DNA of 35,180 nt from Octopus sinensis (taxonomy: Eukaryota). The position numbers were made by a program, and so were the translations under genes. Each line of letters opens with the position of its first letter. The first letter of the stretch is position 1. Below the pieces are notes generated by a model that saw only the letters and a list, made by a program, of their open reading frames with translations, was not told the origin of the DNA and ran no database searches. The stretch is taken from assembly GCF_006345805.1 (NCBI RefSeq), contig NW_021831978.1, forward strand, positions 1 to 35,180, written 5' to 3'. This document shows positions 1 through 12,057 of the stretch, piece after piece.

Positions 1-19
1 TTAAGTGATAAAGAGATGC

Positions 20-40
20 ATATATGTATATATATATATG

Positions 41-75
<35 letters not shown>

Positions 76-246
76 TTGTATATGTGTGTATATGCGTGTG
101 TATTTATATATTTTACATAATCTTGGTAATAACCTTATAATGTGCATTCCAACTTCTCTGCGTTTATCAGCTACCATATGCCATCATACAGCAGGAATAC
201 ACCTTTTATCGCATATACATATAGAAGTTCGTTGCTGTATGCAGAA

Positions 247-301
<55 letters not shown>

Positions 302-321
302 CATACAATATATATATATAT

Positions 322-357
<36 letters not shown>

Positions 358-470
358 TATTATACATATATATATAATTATATATATCATATATATATAC
401 ATAAATATAAAGATATATATGTATATATACATATAAATAATAAAATAAATATATATATATATATATATTC
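20..470. repeat. (TA)n/(TG)n microsatellite cluster
   Basis: Direct reading: TG run at about 50-75 and long interrupted TA runs at about 249-470. The ORFs here (YI/CV repeats) are artefacts. Confidence 0.95.
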
Positions 471-1344
471 ATTATTTCACATTTTGAAACCAGATTTAGA
501 GTTTTAGTCAAGCAACACTCCCTCTATATACATCCTCATTAGAAATTATATACATATACAAGGTTTTCAAACACTCACCAATCACAATTGAAAATATTGC
601 TGCATACAACATTAGGATAGTTTCTGAGCTCTCTGAAGGCATGAATATCTTCAAACAAATCTCCCCTATTATATCTATCTACTAGCAAGGAGTAGTTGTA
701 AGTAGAAACTTGTATTCAAGTAGCATAATCTCCATAATAAATGAACCAGCAAGAGTAATTTATAATACATGAATTATAGTATAAATGTATCCACTGACCA
801 CTACCACAAGGAAAAGCTTCCTGTCCCTGGTAATGTAATATTGTCTATCGGTGCATAAGTTCAAAAAATTGCTTAATATTAATAACATTAAGGTCAGCTA
901 TTCTTGCCAGGATACTATTGATTTCTAAATTCCAATCTATTATATTAAACTCATACCTAGAGAGCTGTCACTCTAAAGTGGAAGGCTCTGAGGATCGTAT
1001 CTTTTCAAAAAGGTTTATGTGTAGTAACTATAACTTCTGTAGATGGTATCGAGAAGAGCTATCAGGTGCTATGTTAAGCGGTTTTAAGTACCGATATAAC
1101 ATGCATCTACACTCACTCGTGCTGCTTATGTATAGCGAGAACGGGATCACTTTGTCTTAGAGACAGCCGAATCTTGTTAGGAAACATGGTAAACAAATTG
1201 AAATGTACACGAAACTGAAGGTTATGATTGATAAAGACTATCTCTGCGCAGTCATCAAAGATACTTCCTTCTGAAAAATTACCAGCCTCTCCAAATTCCA
1301 AAAGTTTGGCTAAATAGATACCTGTGATAATTTCATATCATATC

Positions 1345-1608
1345 TGTTGTAACTTAATTTGTTACGTACAATAAATAAGATAACCAGATAACAATAACAA
1401 CAATGCAACGAACTAACAAATCTCTTTACGAACCAACAATCAATATTCCTTGAGAACTAACCAACCAACACCTTCCGACTTCACTGCGAACTAACACGGA
1501 CTCCAAACTCTGAACACTCGAACTTCCTAACTCACTTGGATCGTTACTATTCATACTTTGCTCGGACCAGTCTATCTCTCGCAAGGGGGTATCATAACTT
1601 TCATCACA
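1345..1608 (-). mobile_element. Putative 3' LTR (~264 bp) of an LTR retrotransposon, with adjacent polypurine tract
   Basis: The minus strand reads AAAAGGGAGA (PPT-like, 1609-1618), immediately followed by TGTGATG...GTTACAACA (TGT...ACA termini). No second LTR or pol ORF was seen. Confidence 0.45.
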
Positions 1609-2052
1609 TCTCCCTTTTGAGATTTCGACTACTGTGAGAAAGTGAGAATTTCTTTTTTTTTCTTTCCAGCATCACTCCCTCATTGTTTCCAGCTGTCGTA
1701 TCTTAAATGTTGCCCGAATTTTTAAGTAGTGTTGTTCATTGCTCAGCGCTTTTTCTTTTCGCTAATCCTTGTTAGCAATCTTTTTCTTTCTTTTTTATTT
1801 TTTGAAATTCCAATGTCTTTTTCGTTTGCGTATCTCTCTTTTACAAACTTAACGCCAATGTCAGCAGCAGTCATGTTCAGTAAAAACACCAACGATCAGC
1901 TGACCGACGGCAACCAATAAGAGCCGGCGTAGTCGAATTTTTAGATATATTTTTTTACCACTGTCCAGTTCAACCAGAATCGTTTGATCGAGAAACTCTG
2001 AGCAGCAATACAATACGCATTCCATAATACGTATAAGATATATGATACATAC

Positions 2053-2088
2053 TGGGCATACATATATATGTCTATATGCCTCTGTCTG

Positions 2089-2150
<62 letters not shown>

Positions 2151-2230
2151 AGGAAGTGTATGAAATACTAAAAGAAGAATTTGCCATTTGCATAGTGCTA
2201 AAAAACACGTTATACACACATACAAGTACG

Positions 2231-2285
<55 letters not shown>

Positions 2286-2321
2286 TGGGCATACATATAT
2301 ATGTCTATATGCCTCTGTCTG

Positions 2322-2357
<36 letters not shown>

Positions 2358-2446
2358 CCTTCTGTCCGTCTATTATCTTTCGGTATGTATGTGTGTGTGT
2401 GTGTATGTGTGTGTGTGTGTGTGTGTGTTTGTATATATCAGGAAGT
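2053..2446 (+). repeat. Local duplication with (TATC)n and (TG)n arrays
   Basis: TGGGCATACATATATATGTCTATATGCCTCTGTCTGTCTATC starts at both 2053 and 2286. TATCAGGAAGTG closes both copies (about 2148 and 2437). Confidence 0.8.
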
Positions 2447-2521
2447 GAGCAAAAACAAGGGAATGAGAAAACGAAAGGAACAAGTTTTAACAATGTGATT
2501 AATTGTAGAACTAAATAGAAA

Positions 2522-2563
2522 GACTCTTTAACGTTTCGGAGGATAATCCTTCATCAGAACAAC
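2522..2563 (-). ncRNA. Minimal type-I hammerhead-ribozyme-like motif (PLE-associated type), weak stem I
   Basis: Minus strand: gtt CTGATGA a GGA ttatcc TCC GAAA CGTT aaag. It has the conserved core, a 3-bp stem II and a palindromic AACGTT at stem III. Confidence 0.5.
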
Positions 2564-2599
2564 TGAAGAAAAGAAAGAAGAGGGATAAAAAGAAGAAAA

Positions 2600-2885
2600 G
2601 GTGGTGACGGTGGTGGTTGTGGGAAAATAGGCGTCTGCGGGCGTAAAATCACACAATTCATCGTAGCATACTTACTTTCTGTGTTACGAATTTTTGACTG
2701 GTAAGAAGAGGATAACACCAAAAAATACCCCCAAAAACTACCACTAACACCACCATAACAACCGACACTACCACCGACATTACAACAAACAGTACAGTCA
2801 CCACCAACAACACAACAAAACAACCACAACCACAGCAACAGCTAACACCACCACCAACACCACCACCATGACCACCACTTGCACT
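2600..2885. repeat. Low-complexity (CAC/CAA/ACC)n tract
   Basis: Degenerate trinucleotide repeats read directly. Confidence 0.8.
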
Positions 2886-3009
2886 ATAATCAGTAACTAT
2901 ACCATCTACACTTCTCCATCAGCAAGTAAACATCTGACTTGACAGATGCAATTTATATATGACGTTGGTGGTATATAAATACAACTTGTGACTTACATTT
3001 TCATTCCAC

Positions 3010-3174
3010 ATACATATGTACACATACATACATACACATACATACATACATACATACATACATACATACATAGTACATACATACATACATACATAAATGT
3101 GTGTGTGTGTCTTTGTAGCTATATATGCGTATGTGCGGGTTATGAATATGAATGAATATGAATATGAGTATGCA

Positions 3175-3249
<75 letters not shown>

Positions 3250-3263
3250 GTATGTAATGTATG

Positions 3264-3302
<39 letters not shown>

Positions 3303-3406
3303 ATATATATATATATATGTATATGATATGTATATGTATAATATTGTTATGAGTATATATATTTCATATACTATATGTATATATATATATTATGAGTATA
3401 ATATTT

Positions 3407-3442
<36 letters not shown>

Positions 3443-3500
3443 CGTACGTACATACATATATATACATACATACATACATATATATATTACATATATATAT
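3010..3500. repeat. (TACA)n and (TA)n microsatellites
   Basis: Direct reading. Confidence 0.95.
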
Positions 3501-4393
3501 GTAAGTGAATATAATTATGAATTATTCATATGTATATTGGTATATACACACATACACACACATGCTTACACATACACGTATGTGATTATATACACCATAA
3601 ACACAGACAGACACATAGGGATGTATATGCATTCGTTCTTGATTCCAGTTTTTGACGAGTCTCTTTGGTTTTTCCTATATGTGTGTGTGTACATGTATGT
3701 CGAAATAAGTATATGTATCGTGTACATGTGTATGTGTGTGTGCGTATGAGTTGTATGTACGTGTGTAAACTACTGGATGTCTAGGGCTGAATAAGTATAC
3801 ACATACATACATACATACATACATGCATACATACATACATACAAACATATGTGTATAGATATATGTATGTATACAGGCTTAAATACATATATATATATGC
3901 ATTTGTAGTATGTAAATGTATACATATATACATACGTGTGAAGGGCGTATTTGTGTGTCAATATGGACTTATATAAATACTCATTCAGACATATACACAT
4001 ATACAAATATATATGAGGTGTTTATATTTCATATGCATCTTATTATTGTGAGTAAAGTTGAACTCGTGGAAGCCCATGTGCCGTTGCAGTCAGGATTTAT
4101 GAAGAGAAACGTATGCAATAGTCAGTATTTCTAAATATGTTTACAATTAGACATACGAGGCAGAGGGGTCCCCCCACCACCACATGCATACGGACAGTTT
4201 AAATATATGCAAGAAAAGTGAGAGGCTGCCTCTTGCAGAGTAATGAATGCATTGAAAACTCAGAGTAACAACGCTGAGAAATCTCAGCACGACGAAATAT
4301 ACACGCACGCATACATGCACATATATAACACACACACACATGTGTATTTAAATATATATATGTGGATGTGTGTGTGTGTGTGTGTGTGTGTGT

Positions 4394-4725
4394 GAAGGCG
4401 CATGGCTCAATGGTTAGAGCGTCGGGCTTAAGATCGTGAGGTTGTGAGTTCGATTCCCGGACCGGGCTGCGTGTTGTGTTCCTGAGCAAGACATTTTATT
4501 TCACGTTGCTCCATTTTATGCAACTGCAGAAATGAGCTGCACCATCACTGGTGCCAAGCTGTATCTGTCTTTGCCTTTCACTTGGATAACCTCAGTGGTG
4601 TGGAGAGGGGAGGCTGGTATGCATGGGCGACTGCTGGCCTTCCACAAGCAATCTTGTCCGGACCTGTGCCTCGGAAGGTAACATTCTAGGAGCTATCCGA
4701 TGGTCATTCATGACCGAAGGAGTCC
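4394..4725 (+). mobile_element. tRNA-derived SINE, family C
   Basis: A box TGGCTCAATGGTTAGAG and B box GAGTTCGATTCCC, followed by a CORE-like TGTTCCTGAGCAAGACA segment. The body matches the reverse-strand copy at 23856-24065. Confidence 0.85.
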
Positions 4726-4747
4726 CCAATATGTGTGTGTATATACA

Positions 4748-4785
<38 letters not shown>

Positions 4786-5684
4786 TATATGTAATGAATA
4801 TAATTATGAATTATTCATTGTATATTGTATATACACACATACCACACATGCTTACACATACACGTATGTGATTATATACACCATAAACACAGACAGACAC
4901 ATAGGGATGTATATGCATTCGTTCTTGATTCCAGTTTTTGACGAGTCTCTTTGGTTTTTCCTATATGTTGTGTGTTACATTATGTCGAAATAAGTATATT
5001 TATCGTGTACATGTGTATGTGTGTGTGCGTATGAGTTGTATGTACGTGTGTAAACTACTGGATTCTAGGGCTGATAAGTTACACATACATACATACATAC
5101 ATACATGCATACATACATACATACAAACATATGTGTATAGATATATGTATATACAGGCTTAAATACATATATATATATGCATTTGTAGTATGTAAATGTA
5201 TACATATATACATACGTGTGAAGGGTATTTTGTGTGTCAATATGGACTTATATAAATACTCATTCAGAACATATACACATATAACAAATATATATGAGGT
5301 GTTTATATTTCAATGCATCTTATTATTGTGAGTAAAGTTGAACTCGGGGAGCCCATTTTGCCGTTGCAGTCAGGATTTATGAAGAGAAACGTATGCAATA
5401 GTCAGTATTTCTAAATATGTTTACAATTAGACATACGAGGCAGAGGGGTCCCCCCACCACCACATGCCATACGGACAGTTTAAATATATGCAAGAAAAGT
5501 GAGAGGCTGCCTCTTGCAGAGTAATGAATGCATTGAAAACTCAGAGTAACAACGCTGAGAAATCTCAGCACGACGAAATATACACGCACGCATACATGCA
5601 CATATATAACACACCACAACATGTGTATTTAAATATATATATTGTATGGTGTGTGTGTGTGTGTGGTGTGTGTGTGTGAAGGGT

Positions 5685-6016
5685 GAAGGCGCATGGCTCA
5701 TGGTTAGAGCGTCGGGCTTAAGATCGTGAGGTTGTGAGTTCGATTCCCGGACCGGGCTGCTGTTTTTGTGTTCCTGAGCAAGACATTTTATTTCACGTGG
5801 CTCCATTTTGCAACTGCACAAATGAGCTGCACCATCACTGGTGCCAAGCTGTATCTGTCTTGCCTTTCACCTTGGATACCTCATGGTGTGGAGAGGGGAG
5901 GCTGGTATGCATGGGCGAACTGCTGGCCTTCCACAAGCAATCTTGTCCGGACCTGTGCCTCGGAAGGTAACATTCTAGGAGCTATCCGATGGTCATTCAT
6001 GACCGAAGGAGTCCCC
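5685..6016 (+). mobile_element. tRNA-derived SINE, family C (copy within the second duplicated unit)
   Basis: Near-identical to 4394-4725 apart from small indels. Confidence 0.85.
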
Positions 6017-6239
6017 ATATGTGTGTGTATATACACGCATATTATATATATATATATATATATATATTATACATATATAATGTATGATGTATGTATGTAT
6101 TTGTGTGTGTGTGTGTCCGACAACGGGAACGTGAAACTCTGATAACAGTTTTAGTGATGTCATTGCAGCATTTTTAATAAAACATATTACTCTACCCGTA
6201 TTCGATACTATTTTTCCTAGCTCTTTTCGAATTTACTCT

Positions 6240-6323
6240 GGTATACGTATATACATATATGTATATATGCATCTATATATATGTAGATACATATATACAT
6301 ACATACATATATAATACATATAC

Positions 6324-6369
<46 letters not shown>

Positions 6370-6421
6370 TATATATATATATATATACTTATATGTATAT
6401 ATGTATCTCTATCTCACTTCC

Positions 6422-6458
<37 letters not shown>

Positions 6459-7012
6459 ACATGTATATATATATATACATGCGCACAATATTTATATAAA
6501 CATACACACAAATGTTTACATATGCATACATCAAGGTTTTGTTCGTGCGTATGTATGCAAATACACATGTGTTTAGACGCGTATGTATTTGTGTATGAGA
6601 CTTTGCATTCGCATTGCGATTTCATCGAGAGATAGAGTGGAATAATGCTAAAATAATAGCTGTTCTTACATCATTAATAAACAGGAAACAAATAAGAAAA
6701 AATATAGTAAACCTGGCCTGCTTCTATTCTGCAGACACGAAACCAACTCAGCTGTCAACGAACGTTCACAACAATTTTCTAAATTTCGTTCATATATATA
6801 TATATATATAAATATATGTATGTATGTATAGTTTCGAATATCTGTTCATGTAGTTATATTATTTATATATGGGGAGATAAAAGATAGATAAAATGTAAAA
6901 GTGTGAGGAGAGAATACGTGATGCTAATATATATAGTAAAAAATATTTATACATCAGCCGAATGTAGAGAAGGAGAAAAAAAATCAGATGCCTTTTGCGG
7001 TGTCAGTGTACG

Positions 7013-7047
<35 letters not shown>

Positions 7048-7065
7048 TCACACACACACACACAC

Positions 7066-7103
<38 letters not shown>

Positions 7104-7337
7104 CGTACTTGTATGTGTGTATAACGTGTTTTTTAGCACTATGCAAATGGCAAATTCTTCTTTTAGTATTTCATATACTTTCTGATTTTATATACGCTGG
7201 AATAAACACATGCGAAATGCGTAAAAGTTATCCATCCATTCATTACTGGAATGCAAATACAAATGCACAACACATACATACATACATACACACTTACACA
7301 TACATGCTTGTATATATAAGCATGTATGCATATATAT

Positions 7338-7420
<83 letters not shown>

Positions 7421-7430
7421 GTATATATAT
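6240..7430. repeat. Cluster of (TA)n, (CT)n, (CA)n and (TACA)n microsatellites with short unique spacers
   Basis: Direct reading. Confidence 0.85.
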
Positions 7431-8023
7431 TCAGTGGTTCGTGTGTGTTTCTGAATATGTATGGCTTGAGTGTAATACCTTTTACTGTGAAATACAGTAT
7501 TGTATAATGCACCAGCCATTGAAATTCATTTATTCATCCTGATCTTACGTGACACATACATTTATACATCCATCCGTACGTGCGTACATTATCACTGACG
7601 TAAATATACATACGTAAAACACAAACATAGAGAAATACACGGACAAAAGCATCCATATACATAAGTGAACACATATATAATATACACACGTACGTATACG
7701 TATGTATATATTGCGTTTATTTAATACTTAGAGTCCAAGTGTTCATTAAAAAACAACCGCCATTTAAATTCATATATTCATAATGGCTTCGTGTCACACA
7801 TTTTATACATACATACTTGTATGTGAATATGCATATATGCACAAGTACACCCAATCACATACAGACACACACACATACAAGCACACGCATACATATACAC
7901 ACATGCATATGCACACTTGCATGTACATACTCGTATACACACGTGCGTACGAGTGTTGTGAGTATGAACTATAATTATAAAGCCGAGTGTATGATTCCTT
8001 TTTGCTGATGTTTCTTCGAATGC

Positions 8024-8091
8024 ATGATGATGATGATGATGATGATAACATAATAATAATAATGATGATTATGATGATGATGATGATAATA

Positions 8092-8140
<49 letters not shown>

Positions 8141-8152
8141 TATAATAATAAT

Positions 8153-8184
<32 letters not shown>

Positions 8185-8316
8185 TAATAAAAAATAGTAA
8201 TAATATAAAATAATGGTAGTAATAATAATGATGATGATGATAATAATAATGATGATGATGATGATGAGGATGATGATAACGATGATGATGATGACAATGA
8301 TGATGATAATAATAAT

Positions 8317-8383
<67 letters not shown>

Positions 8384-8475
8384 TAATAAGAAGAAGAAGA
8401 AGAAGAAGAAGAAGAAAGAAGAAGAAGAAATACAACAACAACTATGCTGATGCTGATGATGATAATAACAATAAT
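8024..8475. repeat. Compound trinucleotide array (GAT)n-(AAT)n-(AAG)n
   Basis: Direct reading. Confidence 0.95.
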
Positions 8476-9094
8476 GAATGCGAGAAAAATATAAAATTAA
8501 TAATAAACTTGCTTTGTATTATTTACCGCAAGTGCGACAGATTTGAGGACGTTAGAAGCACAAATTACTAATATGATTATGTTGTGCTTCCATAGAATCG
8601 AGTATCAGAACAGAAATATGGAAGTGAACAGCACGGAAAGACGTGACATGAAGCGTTTCCATTGAAGACAGCAATCTGAAGATAATCATAGTTCCTGACA
8701 GATCACGTATTGAAGAGGGGGTGGGGGCTGAAAAACTGGTAAGTGAGGGAAAATGTGTCATTTTTGATTTTTTTTTGTTTTTTGTTATTTTCTTCCTATT
8801 TGATAGAAATCATTAGATTGTCAAGTTTTGCAGCAGCATCTTGTACTGTGGCATCATTTCTGGGAGTTAAAATTGGTCAGCATAGTTGTTGTTGTTTTTG
8901 AAGTCGAAGGAGTTTGAAACACGGTCAAGTGGCAGGTATTATTGTTTTTTGTTTTTTCAAGAATTTTTTCGTCAATTTTGACCTGATTCTAATTGAGGTT
9001 TCTATTAACAGCTGGATAATTTTGGGTGTTTAACAATCAATATTCTTTGTTCTGTTGGGTTCCATGTCAATTTTGTCCCACATTAATGTCTAAT

Positions 9095-9736
9095 GTGCCA
9101 GAAAATCCATCATCATTACTCCGCGCTGGTCCCAAAAGACTGTAAGCATCACCTTGCATGCTGAGGGTTGGTCACGAGCCTTTTTTGAAGGTAGTGAGTA
9201 ATCGTCGTTCCATTGCTTCGACTGGGCTTTAATCTCAGGATCGTAGTGATGGACCCATGTTTAATCCTGTGATAAGTCTATCGAAAAAGTCCTTCTCGTT
9301 TTCTTGGTGCATTGCCAAAAGAGCCTGGGAGCAATTGACTCCTTCCTTCTTCTGAAAATATGTGAGCATCCGGGAATCCATCGTGGGGACAACTTCGGCT
9401 TGTGCAAATGGTCGTTAAGGAGTTTTTTCACGGACCTTACACTTATTTTCACTTCTTGGGCTAGTTCTAGCAACACAGGCTTTGGCTGGCCGGTACACAA
9501 TCACGTCCACAACTACTGAGTTACCTGACCATCGATTCTTGTTACCACTTAGAATTCCTTCAGTATTGTACGGACTACATCGATATTCGTGATGTACGTT
9601 ACCAATAACGGTGACGTCAACCACATATACTGACTGGACTTTTCGAGCGAGATGCATCTCCAAAATGGCGGCTTCTACTTTATGGATGATGTCATCATCA
9701 ATGGTGGAATGTGGTGGTCCAGGAATAGGAGCAGTT
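9095..9736 (-). mobile_element. Degenerate mariner (DD34D-type) transposase fragment with frameshifts and an internal foreign insert
   Basis: Across frames the minus strand gives ETAPIPG..IDDDIIHKVEAAILE / ELAQEVKISV..DHLHK.KLSPRWIP(R)MLT / FFDRLIT.D*TWVHHYDPEIKAQSKQW..KKARDQPSA.KVMLTVFWDQRGVMMMDFL. This includes a WVPHEL-like motif and the first catalytic Asp region. No TIRs were seen. Confidence 0.9.
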
Positions 9737-9869
9737 TCCACTCACAAGGCTTTGGTCGGCCCGAGGCTGTAGTAGAATACACTTGCCCAAGGTGCCACGT
9801 AGTGGGACTTAACCCAGAACCATGTGGTTGGTAAGCAAGCTACTTACCACACAGCCACTCCTGCGCCTA
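9737..9869 (-). mobile_element. tRNA-derived SINE family A, 5' half only
   Basis: Reverse complement of AGGCGCAGGAGTGGCTGTGTGGTAAG...GGGTTAAGTCCCACT..GGCACCTTGGGCAAGTG, matching the copies at 19936-20431 and 23051-23461. Confidence 0.9.
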
Positions 9870-10424
9870 TAAAAACTTGTAAAAACTTCTTACGATTGAT
9901 TAATCTCAAGTCAGTTCTTGCAGCATTGACAAGCCCATGATTGAAGGACAATCCAACCATGATTATCGCGACTATTTTCCAGCAGTAAAGCTTGCATATA
10001 AGATTACATATAATGTGTCATCCTTTTAGTAAGTGGTCTGGTGTGATTTAATTGAAATTTGACTGCTATGTTTAGTAGATCTATCGAACTAATTTTAGTG
10101 TTTAGTAGTAGATTGGATAGTAGTGATGGAAGTAAAAAACTGGGTTGGTGGCGATACACGAGAAAATATCGGTACTTCTTCAAATTGAAAAGATGAACGG
10201 ATGATTGAAATGATAAAATTATTGAAGACGAATAAAGAGAGAAAGTGAGAGAGAAAGAAGGGGAGGAGGCGAAGGATGAGAAGCATGAGCGGCAGGAGAT
10301 AAGAATAACATAGAAAAAGGAAGAGGGAAAGGAAGAAGGGAGAGGATTTTGTTTTGCGTATTTCGTTCTGCTGTTATGTTTCACATGGTTTTGGGGCAAT
10401 AACAAATTGTTTCTGGTAAAAGAT

Positions 10425-10459
10425 AAAGAATAACAACAACAACAATAATAATGATGATG

Positions 10460-10491
<32 letters not shown>

Positions 10492-10634
10492 GATGATGAC
10501 GACGACGACGAAGACGGCGATGATAATGACATCGATGTTGATGATTAGGATAATGATGACGACGATGATGTCAGTGCTGCTGCTGAAGGTGATGACGATC
10601 ATGATGAGTGTTGTGTAGTAGTTGTTGTTGTTGG

Positions 10635-10665
<31 letters not shown>

Positions 10666-11007
10666 AGTAATGATGATGATGATAATAAGAAAAGTCGCTG
10701 CAGCGAAAGCGTTTTTTTGCTGCTGATGAGGATAATTAGGATTCTGATGACGACGGCGACGACAAGGCTGTTGGCGATGGCAGCAGCTATGATGCTGATG
10801 AGGACAACGACCATGACGACGATGTTCATGATGACGATGATGATGATGGTGATGCCAGCAAACAGCCACTATAAAGCAAAAAACCAAAACAGCAAATACC
10901 AAAAGCATCATCATCATCATCAACGGTCAACGACACAACAGAATTAAAAATAATAACAATAATGATGATGATGATGATAATAACAATAATAATAATAATA
11001 GTAATGA

Positions 11008-11065
<58 letters not shown>

Positions 11066-11122
11066 GTAATAATAATAATAGTAGTAATAATAATAATGAT
11101 AATAATAATAACAATAATAATA

Positions 11123-11157
<35 letters not shown>

Positions 11158-11300
11158 GTAATAATAATGATAATAATAATAATGATAATAATAATAATAA
11201 TAATAATAATATAATAATAATAATATAATAATAATAATAATAATAATAATAGCAACAACAACAACCACTACTACAACAATAACAACATGCAGCAACAACG
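10425..11300. repeat. Mosaic trinucleotide region (GAT/GAC/GTT/CAT) followed by a long (AAT)n array
   Basis: Direct reading. The poly-I/poly-Y/poly-L ORFs are artefacts. Confidence 0.9.
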
Positions 11301-11352
11301 AAACTATAGAGATAAGAGGATTACGACAGGGTTTATCGTTATTTCATCTTCA

Positions 11353-11354
<2 letters not shown>

Positions 11355-11383
<29 letters not shown>

Positions 11384-11880
11384 GGAGAGAGGGGTGGCAA
11401 GAGAGAGAGAGAAAAAGGAGAATGTGTGTGTGAGTAATACGGCGTCCATACCTATGTGTGTACGCATATGTTAATGTGTGCGTGTGGACATGTGTGTGTG
11501 CGTGTTACGGAGGCGGAGTATGTTGATAGGGAGAATCAAACTGATGATCTGCGGGATAATAATTTATTAAAGGAATCTAGAGGGAGAGGAGGAGGAGGAG
11601 GAGGGGGAGAGGAAGAAGTGGAAGAAAGAGGAGGAGGAAGAAGGAGGAGGAGAAGAAGAAGAAGACGACGACGAAGAAGAAGAAAAAGAAATTGTAGTAG
11701 TAGAAGAAGAAGAAGAAGAAGAAGAAGAAGAAGAGAAGAAGAAGAAAAAAAAGAAAATGAAGAAGAAAAAGAAAAACAAGAAGAAAAAGAAAAAGAAGAA
11801 GAAGAAAAAGAAAAAGAAGAAAAAGAAGAACAAGAACAAGAACAAGAACAAGAAAAAGAAGAAGAAAGGGTTGTTGGAAA
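11355..11880. repeat. (GA)n, (GGA)n and (GAA)n purine-rich repeats
   Basis: Direct reading. Confidence 0.9.
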
Positions 11881-11989
11881 TGCTGTTGTTGTTGTCGTGG
11901 TGATGGTGTTATGTTAGAAGAAGCGGAAAAAAAAAACATAACCTTAACCACCACAAAGCAACAATAACAACAACACAATTCAGATATGA

Positions 11990-11991
11990 AA

Positions 11992-12054
<63 letters not shown>
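11990..12054. repeat. (TAT)n microsatellite
   Basis: Direct reading. Confidence 0.95.
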
Positions 12055-12055
<1 letters not shown>

Positions 12056-12057
12056 TT

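Larger units (their letters stand above)
3501..6075 (+). repeat. Tandem duplication of a ~1.29-kb unit (3501-4790 and 4791-~6075), probably an assembly artefact
   Basis: Landmarks recur at offsets of 1280-1289 (GCATTCGTTCTTG 3629/4915; GACCGAAGG 4712/6001). Differences are mostly 1-bp indels. Confidence 0.9.

Noticed and set aside
560-1320. Possible ancient CR1/L2 LINE remnant on the minus strand (YNRGDLFEDI resembling RRxRGDLI)
   Set aside because: It is a single short motif among many stops and no RT motifs could be aligned. Left uncalled pending TBLASTX.
4394-4470. tRNA-like sequences here and at other SINE heads (18750-18826, 27600-27680)
   Set aside because: A and B boxes are present but there is no complete cloverleaf or acceptor stem, and each continues into a shared SINE body. 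These are not tRNA genes.
11456-11917. 153-aa Arg/Glu-rich ORF that looks protein-like
   Set aside because: It derives entirely from GGA/GAA repeats.
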